Numbered from the stretch's first letter, positions 18,786 to 30,381 are shown. The stretch is DNA of 64,000 nt from an uncultured Alicyclobacillaceae bacterium (GCA_963758235.1 CAVWUS010000012.1:2533-66532); one strand, 5' to 3'. Translations and numbers: made by a program. Notes: generated from the sequence alone by a model not told the origin.

Positions 18786-19640
18786 TCAGTCAACATCATG
18801 CATGGCGACTTCAGTCTGATGCGTTTCCTCAACTTCATCCCACTCCGGGCAGCGTTTGCGGATATTACGCATTGCTTTGCTCACGGCTCGCTGGACATAC
18901 GGACTGGAATCAGCTCGGAGCATATCCAGAACGGGCCTCGCTGCAATCGCATGTTTTGCTGCGGCTGCCGCACTGAAGATCATGGCAGCATGCCAGCGCA
19001 CTTGTTCGTCTTCCGACCGCGCCCAGCGATTGAGCCGCTTGAGCACTTGCGCCGGGTAATACGCAATCAAGGCACTCCCGAGTGCAAACGGGCCAAGGTT
19101 GTCGCGTACATATGGTGCGCGATCGGCCAACAAGGGTTCAATCAGATTAAGAATCGGCTCGGCGAACGCGAAATCTCGACTCCGTCCAGCATACATCGCA
19201 GCAAGCACCGCCGCACGCCGAACATTTCCCGATTCATCTTCCGTCCATTGCCTCAGCACGCTGTAAAAGCGCTCGAATGATTGCACGAGGATATCCCCGC
19301 ATGCGTCTGCAGCCCATTCGCGCACTTCCCAGTTTTCATCGTCCGCCAAGTCATGCAGGACGTTGTCAACAAGCTCTGGATCGACGTCGTAACAACGGGT
19401 GAGCAAATGCGCGCCAATCTCTTTCGCTGTTGGATTGCCACTCGTGCAGAATGCATGCGCCACGCTGAAGAGCCGCTCTGGGTCAGACGCGTATTGCCGC
19501 AGGATGGACTTCATGGCCGATCGCTTCACCGATGCCGGAGCCGTACCAGCGTGAGCAGTCGCTTGTGACTGCAGCGCATCCACCATGTCTGTAACTGATT
19601 CTCTGCTTTTCGCCTCTTCGAACTTCTGTTTCCATTCCAT
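18786..19640 (-). CDS. HEAT-repeat protein, DNA alkylation repair (AlkD-like) family candidate
   Basis: 284 aa with repeated helix pairs carrying VR/VRR motifs (NWEVREWAA, GNVRRAAV, APYVRDNL, EQVRWHAA, SPYVQRAV). Confidence 0.5.
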   Translation of the reverse strand: MEWKQKFEEAKSRESVTDMVDALQSQATAHAGTAPASVKRSAMKSILRQYASDPERLFSVAHAFCTSGNPTAKEIGAHLLTRCYDVDPELVDNVLHDLADDENWEVREWAADACGDILVQSFERFYSVLRQWTEDESGNVRRAAVLAAMYAGRSRDFAFAEPILNLIEPLLADRAPYVRDNLGPFALGSALIAYYPAQVLKRLNRWARSEDEQVRWHAAMIFSAAAAAKHAIAARPVLDMLRADSSPYVQRAVSKAMRNIRKRCPEWDEVEETHQTEVAMHDVD

Positions 19641-19651
19641 TCAGCTGTCAC

Positions 19652-20677
19652 TCACCCGTCCCAACTTACCGCTGGTTCATTGATCGCGAAACATGCGCCG
19701 TCATCGGTTGCTTCCAGCATTGCTTGAACACCGTTTGGCAGTACCATCATCGGATCCGTATGGCCGAAATCAGCGTTGATGACGATGGGAAAATCGTACC
19801 CCCTCGTAGCTGTCGACAACAACTGTTCAAGCGAATCTTCTTCGCTAAATGGTACTTTTGAATGAAAGCGGCCAATGACCAGTCCAGCAATTTGTCCAAA
19901 CACGCCCATTTGTCGCAGATGCGTAAAATAGCGATCAATCGTCGCTGGCGTTTCTGTCTCGTCGTCTTCCAGGCAGAGAATTCTCCCTACGACATTTGGG
20001 AAATACCTCGTACCAGAAAGCAGCAGCAGTGTCCCAGTGTTTGCAGCCAAAATTGGGCCCATAGCACGCCCGTGCTTTAGAATCTTCAATCCACCGTTTG
20101 GCTTCATATGGCGATCGCGATTGTCTTCCTCGTCCCATAGCAGCATCTCGTCCGTCCACAACGTGCTTGTGGGAATAAGACCGGCAGATCCTGGGGTCAT
20201 CAAGGCTTCTGTAAAACGGTCTTTTGTGTACGAAAGCATGCCGCCGAACTCGCCAAACTGCGGGAGGATGGCAGGCCCCATAAACGTCACTAGATTAGTC
20301 ATGTGGTGTACTGATGCGAGAATTGAGGTGATGTCGCTGTACCCCATGATGATTTTGGGGTTGCGCGCAATCAGGTCAAAATTCATCTCTTCCAGAAGCT
20401 GGTGCGCGTTATATCCACCGATCGTTGTGATGATACAGCGAACCGCTGGATTCTCAAACATCTCATGCAGGTCCTGTAGCCGCTGTTCAATTGTGCCTGC
20501 GGTATGACCAGTTCGAGTGCGTGCGTGATCCCCAACAATCACATTGAACCCCAACCGCTTCAATTCTGCGACGCCCCGCTCCAGACGACGCGGACAAAAG
20601 GCCGCAATTGGTGAGGCTGGTGAAACGATTCCGATTGTATCCCCCACCTGCAGACGTCTCGGTCTTACGACGTTCAT
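19652..20677 (-). CDS. LD-carboxypeptidase (S66 peptidase, LdcA/MccF-like)
   Basis: 341 aa with RLQVGDTIGIVSPASP, IMGYSDITS (catalytic Ser context) and a C-terminal FGHT motif. Confidence 0.85.
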   Translation of the reverse strand: MNVVRPRRLQVGDTIGIVSPASPIAAFCPRRLERGVAELKRLGFNVIVGDHARTRTGHTAGTIEQRLQDLHEMFENPAVRCIITTIGGYNAHQLLEEMNFDLIARNPKIIMGYSDITSILASVHHMTNLVTFMGPAILPQFGEFGGMLSYTKDRFTEALMTPGSAGLIPTSTLWTDEMLLWDEEDNRDRHMKPNGGLKILKHGRAMGPILAANTGTLLLLSGTRYFPNVVGRILCLEDDETETPATIDRYFTHLRQMGVFGQIAGLVIGRFHSKVPFSEEDSLEQLLSTATRGYDFPIVINADFGHTDPMMVLPNGVQAMLEATDDGACFAINEPAVSWDG

Positions 20678-20745
20678 GCGCTTCCCTTCTTCCTGAATGA
20701 CTGCCCGCGGTAAGCAGCCGACCCTGTTTCACAGAGTTTACCTGA

Positions 20746-21308
20746 TTAACCAGTTTTCGATAGGTCTGTTACAATCGAGGGCTGGTCTATCGAATCATCG
20801 CGGTGAGAATTGCCGCCAAAAAGGACGCTATAGTACAGGCGACATGTGTGATAGCGATCGAAAGGATCGTTGTGACCGAGGTGGGCGTTGATGATGTTGC
20901 CGCGATTTTGTGCAATCATGCCTGGCAGAACGGCACGCGTAACGTAATAGGTGCCGAGCAGGTTCACCTGGATCATCCGCTCCCACTCTTCAGGCGGCAT
21001 GTCCACGATTGTACCGAAGCTGGCAATCCCGGCATTGTTGATGAGTACATCGATGTGCCCAAGCTCACTTGTCACACGCTCCACGGCCGCCTCTATCGTG
21101 CGCGATTACTTACGTCCGCGCTGGCCGAACAGACGCGAACCGAATAGGTGTCGGTCAACTGCCGAGCAACTTCATCCAGACTTTGCTGTCTTCTGGCGAT
21201 AATGCCTAAATTCATGCCCTCTTTAGCAAACTGTTCCGCCACCGCACGCCCAATGCCCTTACCAGCGCCGGTAATCAGCGCAGATTTTCCCTTACGATTT
21301 GTCTCCAT
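20746..21308 (-). pseudogene. short-chain dehydrogenase/reductase, frameshifted and C-terminally degraded
   Basis: ALITGAGKGIGRA is in ORF 21093-21308. IDVLINNAG is in ORF 20746-21084, in a different frame, with the break at about 21100. After GNIIN no YxxxK region is readable in any frame. The space before the next gene is too short for a full SDR. Confidence 0.7.
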
Positions 21309-21407
21309 TTCACTGTACCTCCGATCTCTTAGGACAGTGTGATTCGCTCATCATTGTGCCCCTTCACGGCGCTAGGATACAATTGAATGGTTTCGAGGAG
21401 GCTGATT

Positions 21408-21746
21408 ATGAAATCCGTAATGGTTCACGGCGTACCAGTCTATGGCGTTGATGTGGATGCGCAAACACGTTGTGCGCACTATCATTCAGACGTAGACGTG
21501 ATTGCAATCAAGTTTCCGTGCTGCAGCCGTTTCTATCCCTGTCATCTTTGTCACGATACAGTGGCCGATCACGCTGCCAAGCGGTGGCCGGTCGCTGACT
21601 TTGATCAAGAGGCAGTTCTCTGTGGCGCCTGCGGCAATCTTTTGACCATTAACACATATCTTTCCGGCGATTCTACTTGTCCGCATTGCCTGGCGCACTT
21701 TAATCCTGGCTGTAAAACACATCGTCATCTCTATTTTAAAGACTAA
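21408..21746 (+). CDS. CHY-type zinc-finger protein
   Basis: Cys/His-rich (CAHYH...CCSRFYPCHLCHD...CGAC...CPHC). A GAGGAGG SD lies 6 nt before the ATG at 21408. Confidence 0.75.
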   Translation: MKSVMVHGVPVYGVDVDAQTRCAHYHSDVDVIAIKFPCCSRFYPCHLCHDTVADHAAKRWPVADFDQEAVLCGACGNLLTINTYLSGDSTCPHCLAHFNPGCKTHRHLYFKD

Positions 21747-21747
21747 A

Positions 21748-22158
21748 TCAATGAATGTTCGCATACGCGTAGAGAGCGTGGATGAGCGCGCTTTCCAGCC
21801 GGTGGTACACCGTCTCGAGATCAACATGGCTGTTCAATTGCTCCGAAATAGCCGACTGAACGTGAACCATGGTTGGCACATCGGTCTGCTGACCGACAAA
21901 TGCGTCCGACAGGCTTCGTTCAATCGCTTCGAGCGGCAGCATCTCGCTCACCACACGATCGACCGTTTCGGCAATCCGGGTACCTACGTCCCGAGGCAAT
22001 GACAGCAGCGCGCTCGGATTGAGCAACCAGATCTGAAAGATGCCGTTTGTTTCCGTCAGATAAATGCCGCCGTGTACGGTCAATAGATGTTTTACCCACT
22101 CTGCTGTCTGCTGATATTGCGCAAAATCAACCACTTCGAAACGTGACCTTCGCGGCAT
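21748..22158 (-). CDS. hypothetical protein
   Basis: 136-aa ORF with plausible composition. No recognised motif. Confidence 0.5.
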   Translation of the reverse strand: MPRRSRFEVVDFAQYQQTAEWVKHLLTVHGGIYLTETNGIFQIWLLNPSALLSLPRDVGTRIAETVDRVVSEMLPLEAIERSLSDAFVGQQTDVPTMVHVQSAISEQLNSHVDLETVYHRLESALIHALYAYANIH

Positions 22159-22333
22159 TTATCTCACCTGCCATTTCGTCCCTTCATTATACTAGACGAC
22201 AAATCCTTGCAAACTGTTTCAAAATTCCCCAAATTTCTAAATAACATGCGTTTGACGTACCTGGCAACGGTCGCAAAGGCAACTCTTCGTGGTAGACTTG
22301 AGTTCTAAGCTGCCTTGGAGAGGAGAACGATTT

Positions 22334-24091
22334 GTGCGGGTTTTTCTCGACTTAATGTGGTTCTTTAAGACACGGAAGAAATATTACGTCGGCGGTATTA
22401 CCCTGCTCATATTGGTCGCCTTGTTAAACCTCGTGGCACCTCGCATTGTAGGCATTCTTGTCGATGACATGCTGCGCGGCGTTCTCACATCCGGCATCCT
22501 GCTGCGATATGTCATCATTATGCTCGCAACTGGTGTGGTCATTTACGTACTTCGGTATTTTTGGCGGATTTTATTGTTCGGATCGGCCATCCAGTTGTCG
22601 ACACTGCTTCGCAGCCAACTCTATACCCATTTTACGCGAATGTCACCCCAGTTTTATCACAAGCAGCGGATTGGGGATCTCATGGCGCACTCGACCAATG
22701 ACATCCAGGCTGTTGAATCGACAGCAACCGATGGCATTTTAACACTTGTCGATTCAATTACAACAGGCTCTGTCGTGATTGTAACAATGATGACCACGCT
22801 GAGCTGGAAACTGACGCTGATTGCCATGGCGCCAATGCCAATCGTGGCGATTACCTCAAGTATTTACGGGTCTATCATGCATCGGCGGTTCTTTAAGGCA
22901 CAGGCTGCGTTCGCTGACTTGAATGACAAGGTTCAGGAAAACATTTCAGGAATGCGCGTTGTCAAAGCCTTTGGGCAGCAGCAGGTAGAGTTCGACGGAT
23001 TTAGCAAACTGTCCTACGACGCGGTCAAAAAGAACATCGCTGTCGCCAAGATTGATGCTTTGTTCGATCCAACCATCGCTATTGTCGTCGGTCTATCCTA
23101 TTTTCTCTCCATTGGCGTAGGCGCTGTGTTTGTTGATCACGGGCATTTGACGCTTGGTCAACTGACTACGTTCACGATGTATTTGGGACAGCTTGTCTGG
23201 CCGATGCTGGCCTTCGGCTTTTTGTTTAACGTCGTTGAACGTGGTCATGCCTCCTATGACCGCATTCGTCAGCTGCTCGCTGTCCGGCCTGACGTTGTCG
23301 ATAAGGACAATGCGATATCAGAGCAGCCGTTCGGTGCCATTGTCTATGACATCGATACATTCACCTATCCAGAGACCGCTTCTCCCGCTCTGATAGACGT
23401 GCGGATGCGTCTTGAACCTGGTCAGACGCTCGGCCTCGTTGGCAAGACAGGTGCTGGCAAAACAACATTCGTAAAGCTCATGCTTCGCGAATTTGACTGC
23501 CGAGATGGAGATATCCGGTTCGGATCACATTCTATCTGTGATTACACACTATCCGCCCTGCGTAGTTCAGTCGCGTATGTACCGCAAGATCACTTTTTAT
23601 TCTCAGCAACCATTGCGGAGAACATCGCCTTTGCCAGACCAGAGGCGACAATGGCAGAAATTCAGCGCGCCGCTAAGCTCGCGGCGATTCACGACGATAT
23701 CCTCCGCTTTCCGGATGGATACGGTACGGTCGTCGGGGAACGCGGCGTCACGCTGTCCGGCGGCCAAAAGCAGCGAATTTCCATCGCGCGGGCACTGCTG
23801 ATGGATGCCGAGTGTCTCATTCTCGATGATTCTCTGTCGGCTGTGGATGCGAAAACGGAGGTACAGATTCTCGATGCGCTGCGCGCCGAGCGATCTGGTA
23901 AAACCACGATGATTACAGCGCATCGCCTGAGTGCGGTTGAACATGCAGATCTCATCCTCGTCCTCGAAGACGGCACGGTGCGTGAACGCGGAACGCATAC
24001 CGAACTGATGGCTTTGAATGGCTGGTACCGCGACATGTATGAGCGTCAGCAGCTGGAATCGAGCATTGAAGAAGGCGGTGTGACGGTATGA
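22334..24091 (+). CDS. ABC transporter permease/ATP-binding protein (exporter half, heterodimer partner 1)
   Basis: TMD followed by an NBD with GKTGAGKTT, LSGGQKQRISIARAL and ILDDSLSAVD. A GTG at 22334 after GGAGAGGAG is the likely start. Confidence 0.9.
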   Translation: MRVFLDLMWFFKTRKKYYVGGITLLILVALLNLVAPRIVGILVDDMLRGVLTSGILLRYVIIMLATGVVIYVLRYFWRILLFGSAIQLSTLLRSQLYTHFTRMSPQFYHKQRIGDLMAHSTNDIQAVESTATDGILTLVDSITTGSVVIVTMMTTLSWKLTLIAMAPMPIVAITSSIYGSIMHRRFFKAQAAFADLNDKVQENISGMRVVKAFGQQQVEFDGFSKLSYDAVKKNIAVAKIDALFDPTIAIVVGLSYFLSIGVGAVFVDHGHLTLGQLTTFTMYLGQLVWPMLAFGFLFNVVERGHASYDRIRQLLAVRPDVVDKDNAISEQPFGAIVYDIDTFTYPETASPALIDVRMRLEPGQTLGLVGKTGAGKTTFVKLMLREFDCRDGDIRFGSHSICDYTLSALRSSVAYVPQDHFLFSATIAENIAFARPEATMAEIQRAAKLAAIHDDILRFPDGYGTVVGERGVTLSGGQKQRISIARALLMDAECLILDDSLSAVDAKTEVQILDALRAERSGKTTMITAHRLSAVEHADLILVLEDGTVRERGTHTELMALNGWYRDMYERQQLESSIEEGGVTV

Positions 24092-25881
24092 TCACAGGAC
24101 CTGGGCTAATAGAATACGCAAAACCACAGATGAAGCAGCGCATTGTCTTCGGGCGCCTGGTGCGCTATATGAAAGCACACGTATGGGTACTTGCCGGTAC
24201 CTTCAGTTTATTAATCGGTGCGACAGCATCGAATGTCGTTGGCCCAATTTTGATTAAGACGTTTATCGACCGATATTTAACACCGCGGTACTTTCCAACT
24301 GCACCGCTCGTCTGGCTCGGTTGTGGGTATCTATTTCTGCAGTGTGCGAGCGCTGTGCTCAACTATCTGCAGATGGTCAGTTTTCAGACGATTGCACTCA
24401 AGATTGTACATCAAATGCGTGAGGACGTATTCGCGAAGGTACAGTCACTGGGCCTGGCGTTCTTTGACAAGACACCGGGCGGCATGCTGATTTCACGTAT
24501 TACCAACGACACCGAAGCCGTCAAGGACTTATTTATCAGCGTCTTGTCGACCTTTGTTCAAAATATCTTTCTGCTCGGCGGCATTCTCATTTCAATGTTT
24601 GTTTTAGACGCAAAGCTTGCCGCGTACTGTTTGCTGCTCATCCCGGTGCTTGTCGCCATGATGACAGTGTACTCTCATTTCAGTTCACGCATCTTTCACA
24701 TGGCGCGTTCTAAACTGAGTTTCCTGAATGCGAAGCTCAACGAATCCCTGCAGGGAATGTATTTGATTCAAGCGATGCGTCAGGAGCGACGCCTCCGTCG
24801 CGAGTTCGAAGAGATCAACCAGGCCTACAAGACTGCGAGGCTGCGCAACATCAATCTGAATGGACTGCTGCTCCGGCCACTGGTTGATATTGTGTACCTT
24901 TGCACGCTAGTGCTCATTCTGTCCTTTTTCGGCATTCACTCGTTTCACGGCGCAGTCGATATCGGCGTGCTGTATGCCTTCGTCAACTATCTGGAACAGT
25001 TCTTTGAACCGGTTAACCAAATGATGCAGCGGCTCAACATGTTTCAACAATCCATTGTCTCGGCAGAACGTGTCTTTGAATTGCTTGATCAAACGGGTAC
25101 AGCACCTGGGCAAATTGGTGAAGGCAATCCTAAAATCTCATCCGGACGGATTCGCTTTGACCATGTCTCCTTCTCCTATGACGGGACAACGCGCGTGCTT
25201 GAGGACATCAGCTTCACCGCCGAACCCGGCCAGACCGTTGCCCTTGTCGGCCATACGGGCAGCGGCAAAACGTCCATCATCAACCTTCTGATGCGATTTT
25301 ATCCAGTCGATGAAGGTACGATTTATATCGACGATATGCCGCTTGATGCGTATACGGATGAAGAACTTCGTTCAAGGATTGGTCTTGTGCTGCAAGATCC
25401 GTTCATTTTCGTTGGCGATGTTACGAGCAATATTCGACTTGGCCGCCATCACATCTCGGACCTAGCAGTTGTAGAAGCTGCCGAATTTGTACAGGCGGAC
25501 GCATTCATTCGAAAGCTGCCGCACGGATATGCAGAGGAAATCGGTGAACGTGGCGCCACATTCTCGAGCGGGCAGCGGCAGCTGCTGTCGTTTGCGCGTA
25601 CGATGGCCGATGAGCCGAAAGTATTGGTACTGGATGAAGCAACCGCCAGCATCGATACAGAGACGGAAGAACTCATACAGGAATCCCTGTACCGCATGCG
25701 CGCCGGGCGAACAACGATTGCGATTGCCCACCGACTGTCGACGATTCAAGATGCAGACCTCATCCTGGTAGTCCATCAAGGTCGAATCGTCGAACGCGGC
25801 ACGCATCAGCAACTGCTGGCGCAGGGTGGCCTTTACCACAAGATGTACCTGCTGCAGCAAGGCGGTGCTGTAGTCATCTGA
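24088..25881 (+). CDS. ABC transporter permease/ATP-binding protein (exporter half, heterodimer partner 2)
   Basis: GHTGSGKTS, FSSGQRQLLSFARTM and VLDEATASID. It overlaps the upstream gene by 4 nt. Confidence 0.9.
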   Translation: MITGPGLIEYAKPQMKQRIVFGRLVRYMKAHVWVLAGTFSLLIGATASNVVGPILIKTFIDRYLTPRYFPTAPLVWLGCGYLFLQCASAVLNYLQMVSFQTIALKIVHQMREDVFAKVQSLGLAFFDKTPGGMLISRITNDTEAVKDLFISVLSTFVQNIFLLGGILISMFVLDAKLAAYCLLLIPVLVAMMTVYSHFSSRIFHMARSKLSFLNAKLNESLQGMYLIQAMRQERRLRREFEEINQAYKTARLRNINLNGLLLRPLVDIVYLCTLVLILSFFGIHSFHGAVDIGVLYAFVNYLEQFFEPVNQMMQRLNMFQQSIVSAERVFELLDQTGTAPGQIGEGNPKISSGRIRFDHVSFSYDGTTRVLEDISFTAEPGQTVALVGHTGSGKTSIINLLMRFYPVDEGTIYIDDMPLDAYTDEELRSRIGLVLQDPFIFVGDVTSNIRLGRHHISDLAVVEAAEFVQADAFIRKLPHGYAEEIGERGATFSSGQRQLLSFARTMADEPKVLVLDEATASIDTETEELIQESLYRMRAGRTTIAIAHRLSTIQDADLILVVHQGRIVERGTHQQLLAQGGLYHKMYLLQQGGAVVI

Positions 25882-25931
25882 GTCAAACCGGGCATGAACA
25901 TACCAGAAACTGTCCATACCTAATTCGAGGA

Positions 25932-26690
25932 GTGTCGTTTGATGACATCCTGCGAAAGGAATGGATAAAGGAATTGGGATATGTCTGGCTGACCATTAGT
26001 ACGCTTCTTACCTATGTCATTCTGCTCGCCCTGGTTCGCTGGATCGGCAGCACGCAATTGAGTCAGATCACATTTTTTAATTGGGTGGCAGGCGCCAGCA
26101 TGGGCAATGTCGCAGCGAACATGATTTCGGCTGACAACCGACAGGACTGGTTTCGCGCCTGCTTTGCACTGACAGTGTTTACAGCAGCCACGGTGGTCGC
26201 GGCGACGCTGGCGCTTCGTTCTCGCAAATTGCGCGGCGTAGCCAATGGCAGTCCCACCATTTTAATCTACAAAGGGATCATTCAACGGGAGAATCTTCGA
26301 AAAACCAAGGTGAACATCGATGTACTACTGATGTTGCTGCGGCAGCAAGGCTGTTTCTCTCCAAAGGAAGTAGAAGTCGCGATTCTTGAGTCGACCGGCG
26401 CTTTAAGCGTCCTCCCCATCACCGAGGCTCAGACCGTCAATAAAGGCGACATCGCGCACGGGCCAAAACTATCGGACGATACCCAAGCGCCGTATTACGA
26501 AATCATTATTGACGGCGAAGTGGATTATGGCGCATTGGCTGATGTTGGGTACGATCGTGGATGGCTCCTGCATCAGCTCGCCAAACTGAACGTGGAATCC
26601 CCCAAACAGGTTACATTGCTGGCGGTCAATCGCAGCGGCAACGTGATTGCGGATACGCATCGGCTGGAAAAGCATCCGTCAGGCAATTGA
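25932..26690 (+). CDS. DUF421 (YetF-like) membrane protein
   Basis: 252 aa with an N-terminal TM region carrying SQITFFNWVAGASMGN, typical of the family. Confidence 0.7.
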   Translation: MSFDDILRKEWIKELGYVWLTISTLLTYVILLALVRWIGSTQLSQITFFNWVAGASMGNVAANMISADNRQDWFRACFALTVFTAATVVAATLALRSRKLRGVANGSPTILIYKGIIQRENLRKTKVNIDVLLMLLRQQGCFSPKEVEVAILESTGALSVLPITEAQTVNKGDIAHGPKLSDDTQAPYYEIIIDGEVDYGALADVGYDRGWLLHQLAKLNVESPKQVTLLAVNRSGNVIADTHRLEKHPSGN

Positions 26691-26772
26691 CAACAAAGCC
26701 ACCTTTTCTGTACAGTTTTCAAGATGCTGACACAGGCAGTACTACCTTTGCAATCATATGGGAGGCGCTGAC

Positions 26773-27932
26773 ATGACGCATTTTGACACGCTTTGTGTGC
26801 AGGGTGGCAACCGCCGCGAGCGACAGCTTGGTTCTGTCTCTTATCCAATCTACCGTTCGAGTACATATGCGCATCCTGGACTTGGACAGTCTACCGGCTA
26901 CGACTATACCCGAACAGCCAATCCGACACGCACCGCTCTGGAAGAAATCGTTGCGAGTCTGCATGGTGCGGGTCCGGGGCTTTGCGTTTGCTTCCGGCAT
27001 GGCTGCAGTCGACGCCATCTGTCGTTTATTTCAACCAGGAGACCGCCTGGTCGTCTCAGACGATCTGTACGGCGGTACCTATCGCCTGCTAAACCGCATC
27101 CTCGAACCGCTTGGCATTCAAACTGATTATGTCGACACCGCTGACCTGGGCGCCGTACAAGCGGCGCTGCAGAAAGGTGCTTCAGCACTCTTCATTGAAA
27201 CACCGACAAATCCGACGATGAAAGTGTCAGACATTGCTACCTGTACGGAACTTGCCCACGCAGCGGGAGCACTCGCCATTGTCGATAATACGTTTATGTC
27301 GCCATATTTACAACGCCCGCATCGTTTTGGTGCCGATCTCGTCATTGAGTCAGCGACCAAGTATCTCGGCGGCCACAATGATCTGCTCGGCGGTATTGTG
27401 ACAGCCCGTACAGAGGAATTGGCAGAACGGATTGCTTTTGTTCAAAACACAATCGGGGCAGTTCTGGGTCCAGATGATTGCTGGCTGCTCATGCGTGGGT
27501 TGAAGACCCTGTCGCTGCGGATGGAACGGCACGTGGAAAATGCGGAGAAACTGGCAGCCTACTTGACTTCCCATCCACTGGTCGGCCGTGTCTACTATCC
27601 TGGGTTGCCCGAGCACGAAGGCGGTGCATTGCATCGGCAGCAGGCAAGCGCAAATGGCGGGATGATTTCGTTTGAGGTCCGTCGATGATCGAGCGGTTGG
27701 TCCCTTGCTTGAAGGCTTTGAGGTCATTACGTTCGCGGAAAGTCTGGGCGGAGTATGAGACGTTGATTACCTACCCGCCAAACAGACACATGCAGATATT
27801 CCGAAGGAGATTCGCGACCGACTCGGCGTTACTGATCGTCTTTTGCGCCTCTCCGTCGGCATTGAAAACATTGAGGATCTTCAGGCCGATCTCGATGCGG
27901 CGCTGAGGCACGCTGCGAATGCTATTCGCTAG
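26773..27932 (+). pseudogene. Cys/Met-metabolism PLP enzyme (cystathionine gamma-synthase/beta-lyase family) with multiple frame breaks
   Basis: MTHFDTLCVQGG...NPTRTALEE (frame 1). AFASGMAAVD...ESATKYLGGHNDL...GGMISFEV (frame 2). DDRAVGPLLEGFEVITFAESLGGV (frame 3). ETLITYP (frame 4). [35 protein letters not shown] (frame 3). Breaks are at about 26970, 27681, 27756 and 27778. Confidence 0.85.
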
Positions 27933-27946
27933 CATCACGATGCCAT

Positions 27947-29137
27947 TTATACACGTTCTACAATCGTGGCTACGCCCTGCCCCACACCGACGCAGAGCGT
28001 GGCCATTCCTCTTTTCGCTCCCGTACGATTTAGTTGACGTACGAGTGTTCCAAGAATACGCGCCCCAGAGCAACCGAGCGGATGACCGAGGGCGATTGCC
28101 CCACCATTTGGGTTGACCTGCTCTGGATTTAACTCCAGCGTGCGAATGCAGGCAAGCGACTGAGCTGCGAACGCTTCGTTCAGTTCGACCCAATCGAGAT
28201 CGCGAACAGTGAGCCCAGCGAGACGGAGCGCCTTCTGTGAAGCAGGAATTAGGCCAAGGCCATGGTTCTTGGGTTGACGCCAGCCGAAGCGCTGACGACG
28301 TACTTCGCAAGCGGTTTCAGGCCAAGCGATCTGCCAAGCCGTTCAGATACGAGCAAAAGCGCTGCAGCGCCATCGTTGATCCCGGAGGAATTGCCCGCAG
28401 TCACGGTGCCACCTTCACGGAATGCGGCACGCAGGCGGCTCAGAGATTCCATCGTTGTGTCAGGGCGCGGGTGTTCATCTGTATCGACGACGACTTCCCC
28501 ATGCCGTGACTTGATGGTCACTGGCACAATTTCCTCCGCAAACACGCCTGCCTTTGCGGCAGCAGCTGCCCGCGTCTGGCTCTGCAGTGCGAACGCATCC
28601 TGCTCCTCGCGCGTGATGGCGTACTGTTCAGCCACATTCTCCGCCGTTTCACCCATGCTGTCGAGCGGATACGGGAAGTTTGGATTGGCCATGCGCCAGA
28701 CCGAGGGTTGTGTCCCACATCGTCTGATTGCCGCGAACATATGCCATCTCCGGCTTCAGCATAACGAGCGGTGCACGCGTCATGCTCTCTACGCCGCCGG
28801 CGATGACCATTTCCATCTCGCCGAGTGCAATGGCACGCGCACCTTGGTTAACCGCCTCGAGACCGGACGCGCACGGCCGATTCACCGTCACGCCTGGTAC
28901 TGTTTCTGGCAGACCTGCGAGCAGTACGGCCATTCTTGCGACATTCCGATTGTCTTCGCCCGCCTGATTGGCACAACCGAGAAATACTTCGTCGATCTGT
29001 CCGGGGTCAATCGCTGTCCGTTCAACCAATTTTTTTATCACGTGCGCAGCCAAATCATCTGGACGAACACTCGCCAAAACGCCGCCCTGACGGCCGATCG
29101 GCGTGCGAACATAATCGACAATCCAAACTGTCTCCAT
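27947..29137 (-). pseudogene. acetyl-CoA acetyltransferase (thiolase), two frame breaks
   Basis: The N-terminus with NRPCASGLEA is in ORF 28649-29137. The middle is in ORF 28249-28740. The C-terminus (…[11 protein letters not shown]…[20 protein letters not shown]…CVGVGQG…) is in a third frame ending at 27947. Breaks are at about 28700 and 28260. Confidence 0.85.
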
Positions 29138-29159
29138 CCCGTCTCAACTCCCTGCCGAA

Positions 29160-30381
29160 TCAGCCTTCGAGTAACAGTGATTCCGGATCTTCAAGCAGTT
29201 CTTTCACTTTTACGAGGAACTGCACGGCTTCTGCGCCGTCGACAATTCGGTGATCATATGACAGTGCCACGTACATCATCGGGCGAATTTCAACCTGACC
29301 ATTCACAGCCACAGGTCGTTCCTGAATCTTGTGCATGCCCAAAATGCCTACTTGCGGCGCGTTCAGGATTGGCGTCGACAGGAGCGATCCGAATGTTCCA
29401 CCATTGGTGATGGTAAAGGAACCGCCCTGCAGTTCTTCGAGAGACAGCTTGTTGCTGCGTGCCTTCCGTGCGAGTTCGGCAATCTGTTGCTCAATTTCAG
29501 CGAAGTTCAGGCGATCCGCCCCGCGTACGACAGGCACGACCAGGCCGCCTTCCGTCGCCACCGCGATGCCGATGTCATAATACTTCTTGACAATCATGTC
29601 CTCGCCATCAATTTCAGCATTCAGCAGCGGGAATGCCTTGAGTGCCCCGACAACAGCTTTCGTAAAGAACGACATGAAGCCGAGACCGACACCATGGCGA
29701 TCCTTGAACATTTCCTTGCGGCGTTTGCGCACATCCATAATCGCGGTCATGTCGACCTCATTAAAGGTCGTAAGCATCGCAGCAGTATGTTGTGCTTCGA
29801 CCCCGTTTCGCAATCGTCAGACGCCGTCTGGTCATGCGCACACGTTCAACTGGCCCTGACCCATTGCTCGCTCCAGCAGCTGCAGGCGCTGCCGGTTTGG
29901 CAGGAGCTGGTGCCGCTGCCTGTGGCGCAGCGGCTTGTGGCTGTTGCTGCGGTTTCGCGGAGCCGGCCGCTGATAGCACATCTTCCTGCGTGATCCGACC
30001 GTTTTCACCAGTACCCTTAACGGTCGACAGATCGACACCCTGTGCCTGTGCAAACCGCCGCACTGCGGGCGTAGCTTTAGGCAAACCAGCGTCTTCCTTG
30101 CTTTCAGTCTCGGCGGCCGCAGCTGGCGCCGCTGGCGCGGCTTCACTGCCAGTACCGACCACCGCGAGAACTTCACCGACTGCTACGGTGTCACCGCTTT
30201 GCTTGCGGACTTCCTGGAGAACCCCTGCGCTTTCAGATATAACTTCGACGTTGACCTTGTCCGTTTCCAGCTCAACGATGGCTTCGCCTTCGCTGACAGC
30301 ATCGCCCGGCTGCTTGAGCCAGTTACCAACAGTTGCTTCGACAATCGATTCGCCTAATTCAGGGACTTTGACTTCTGACAA
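29160..30381 (-). pseudogene. sucB: 2-oxoglutarate dehydrogenase E2 (dihydrolipoyl succinyltransferase), one frame break
   Basis: The lipoyl domain (ELETDKVNVEV) and Ala/Pro linker are in ORF 29761-30381. The catalytic domain (…[13 protein letters not shown]…) is in ORF 29160-29813. The break is at about 29795 (TIAKR / VEAQHTAAM). Confidence 0.85.
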
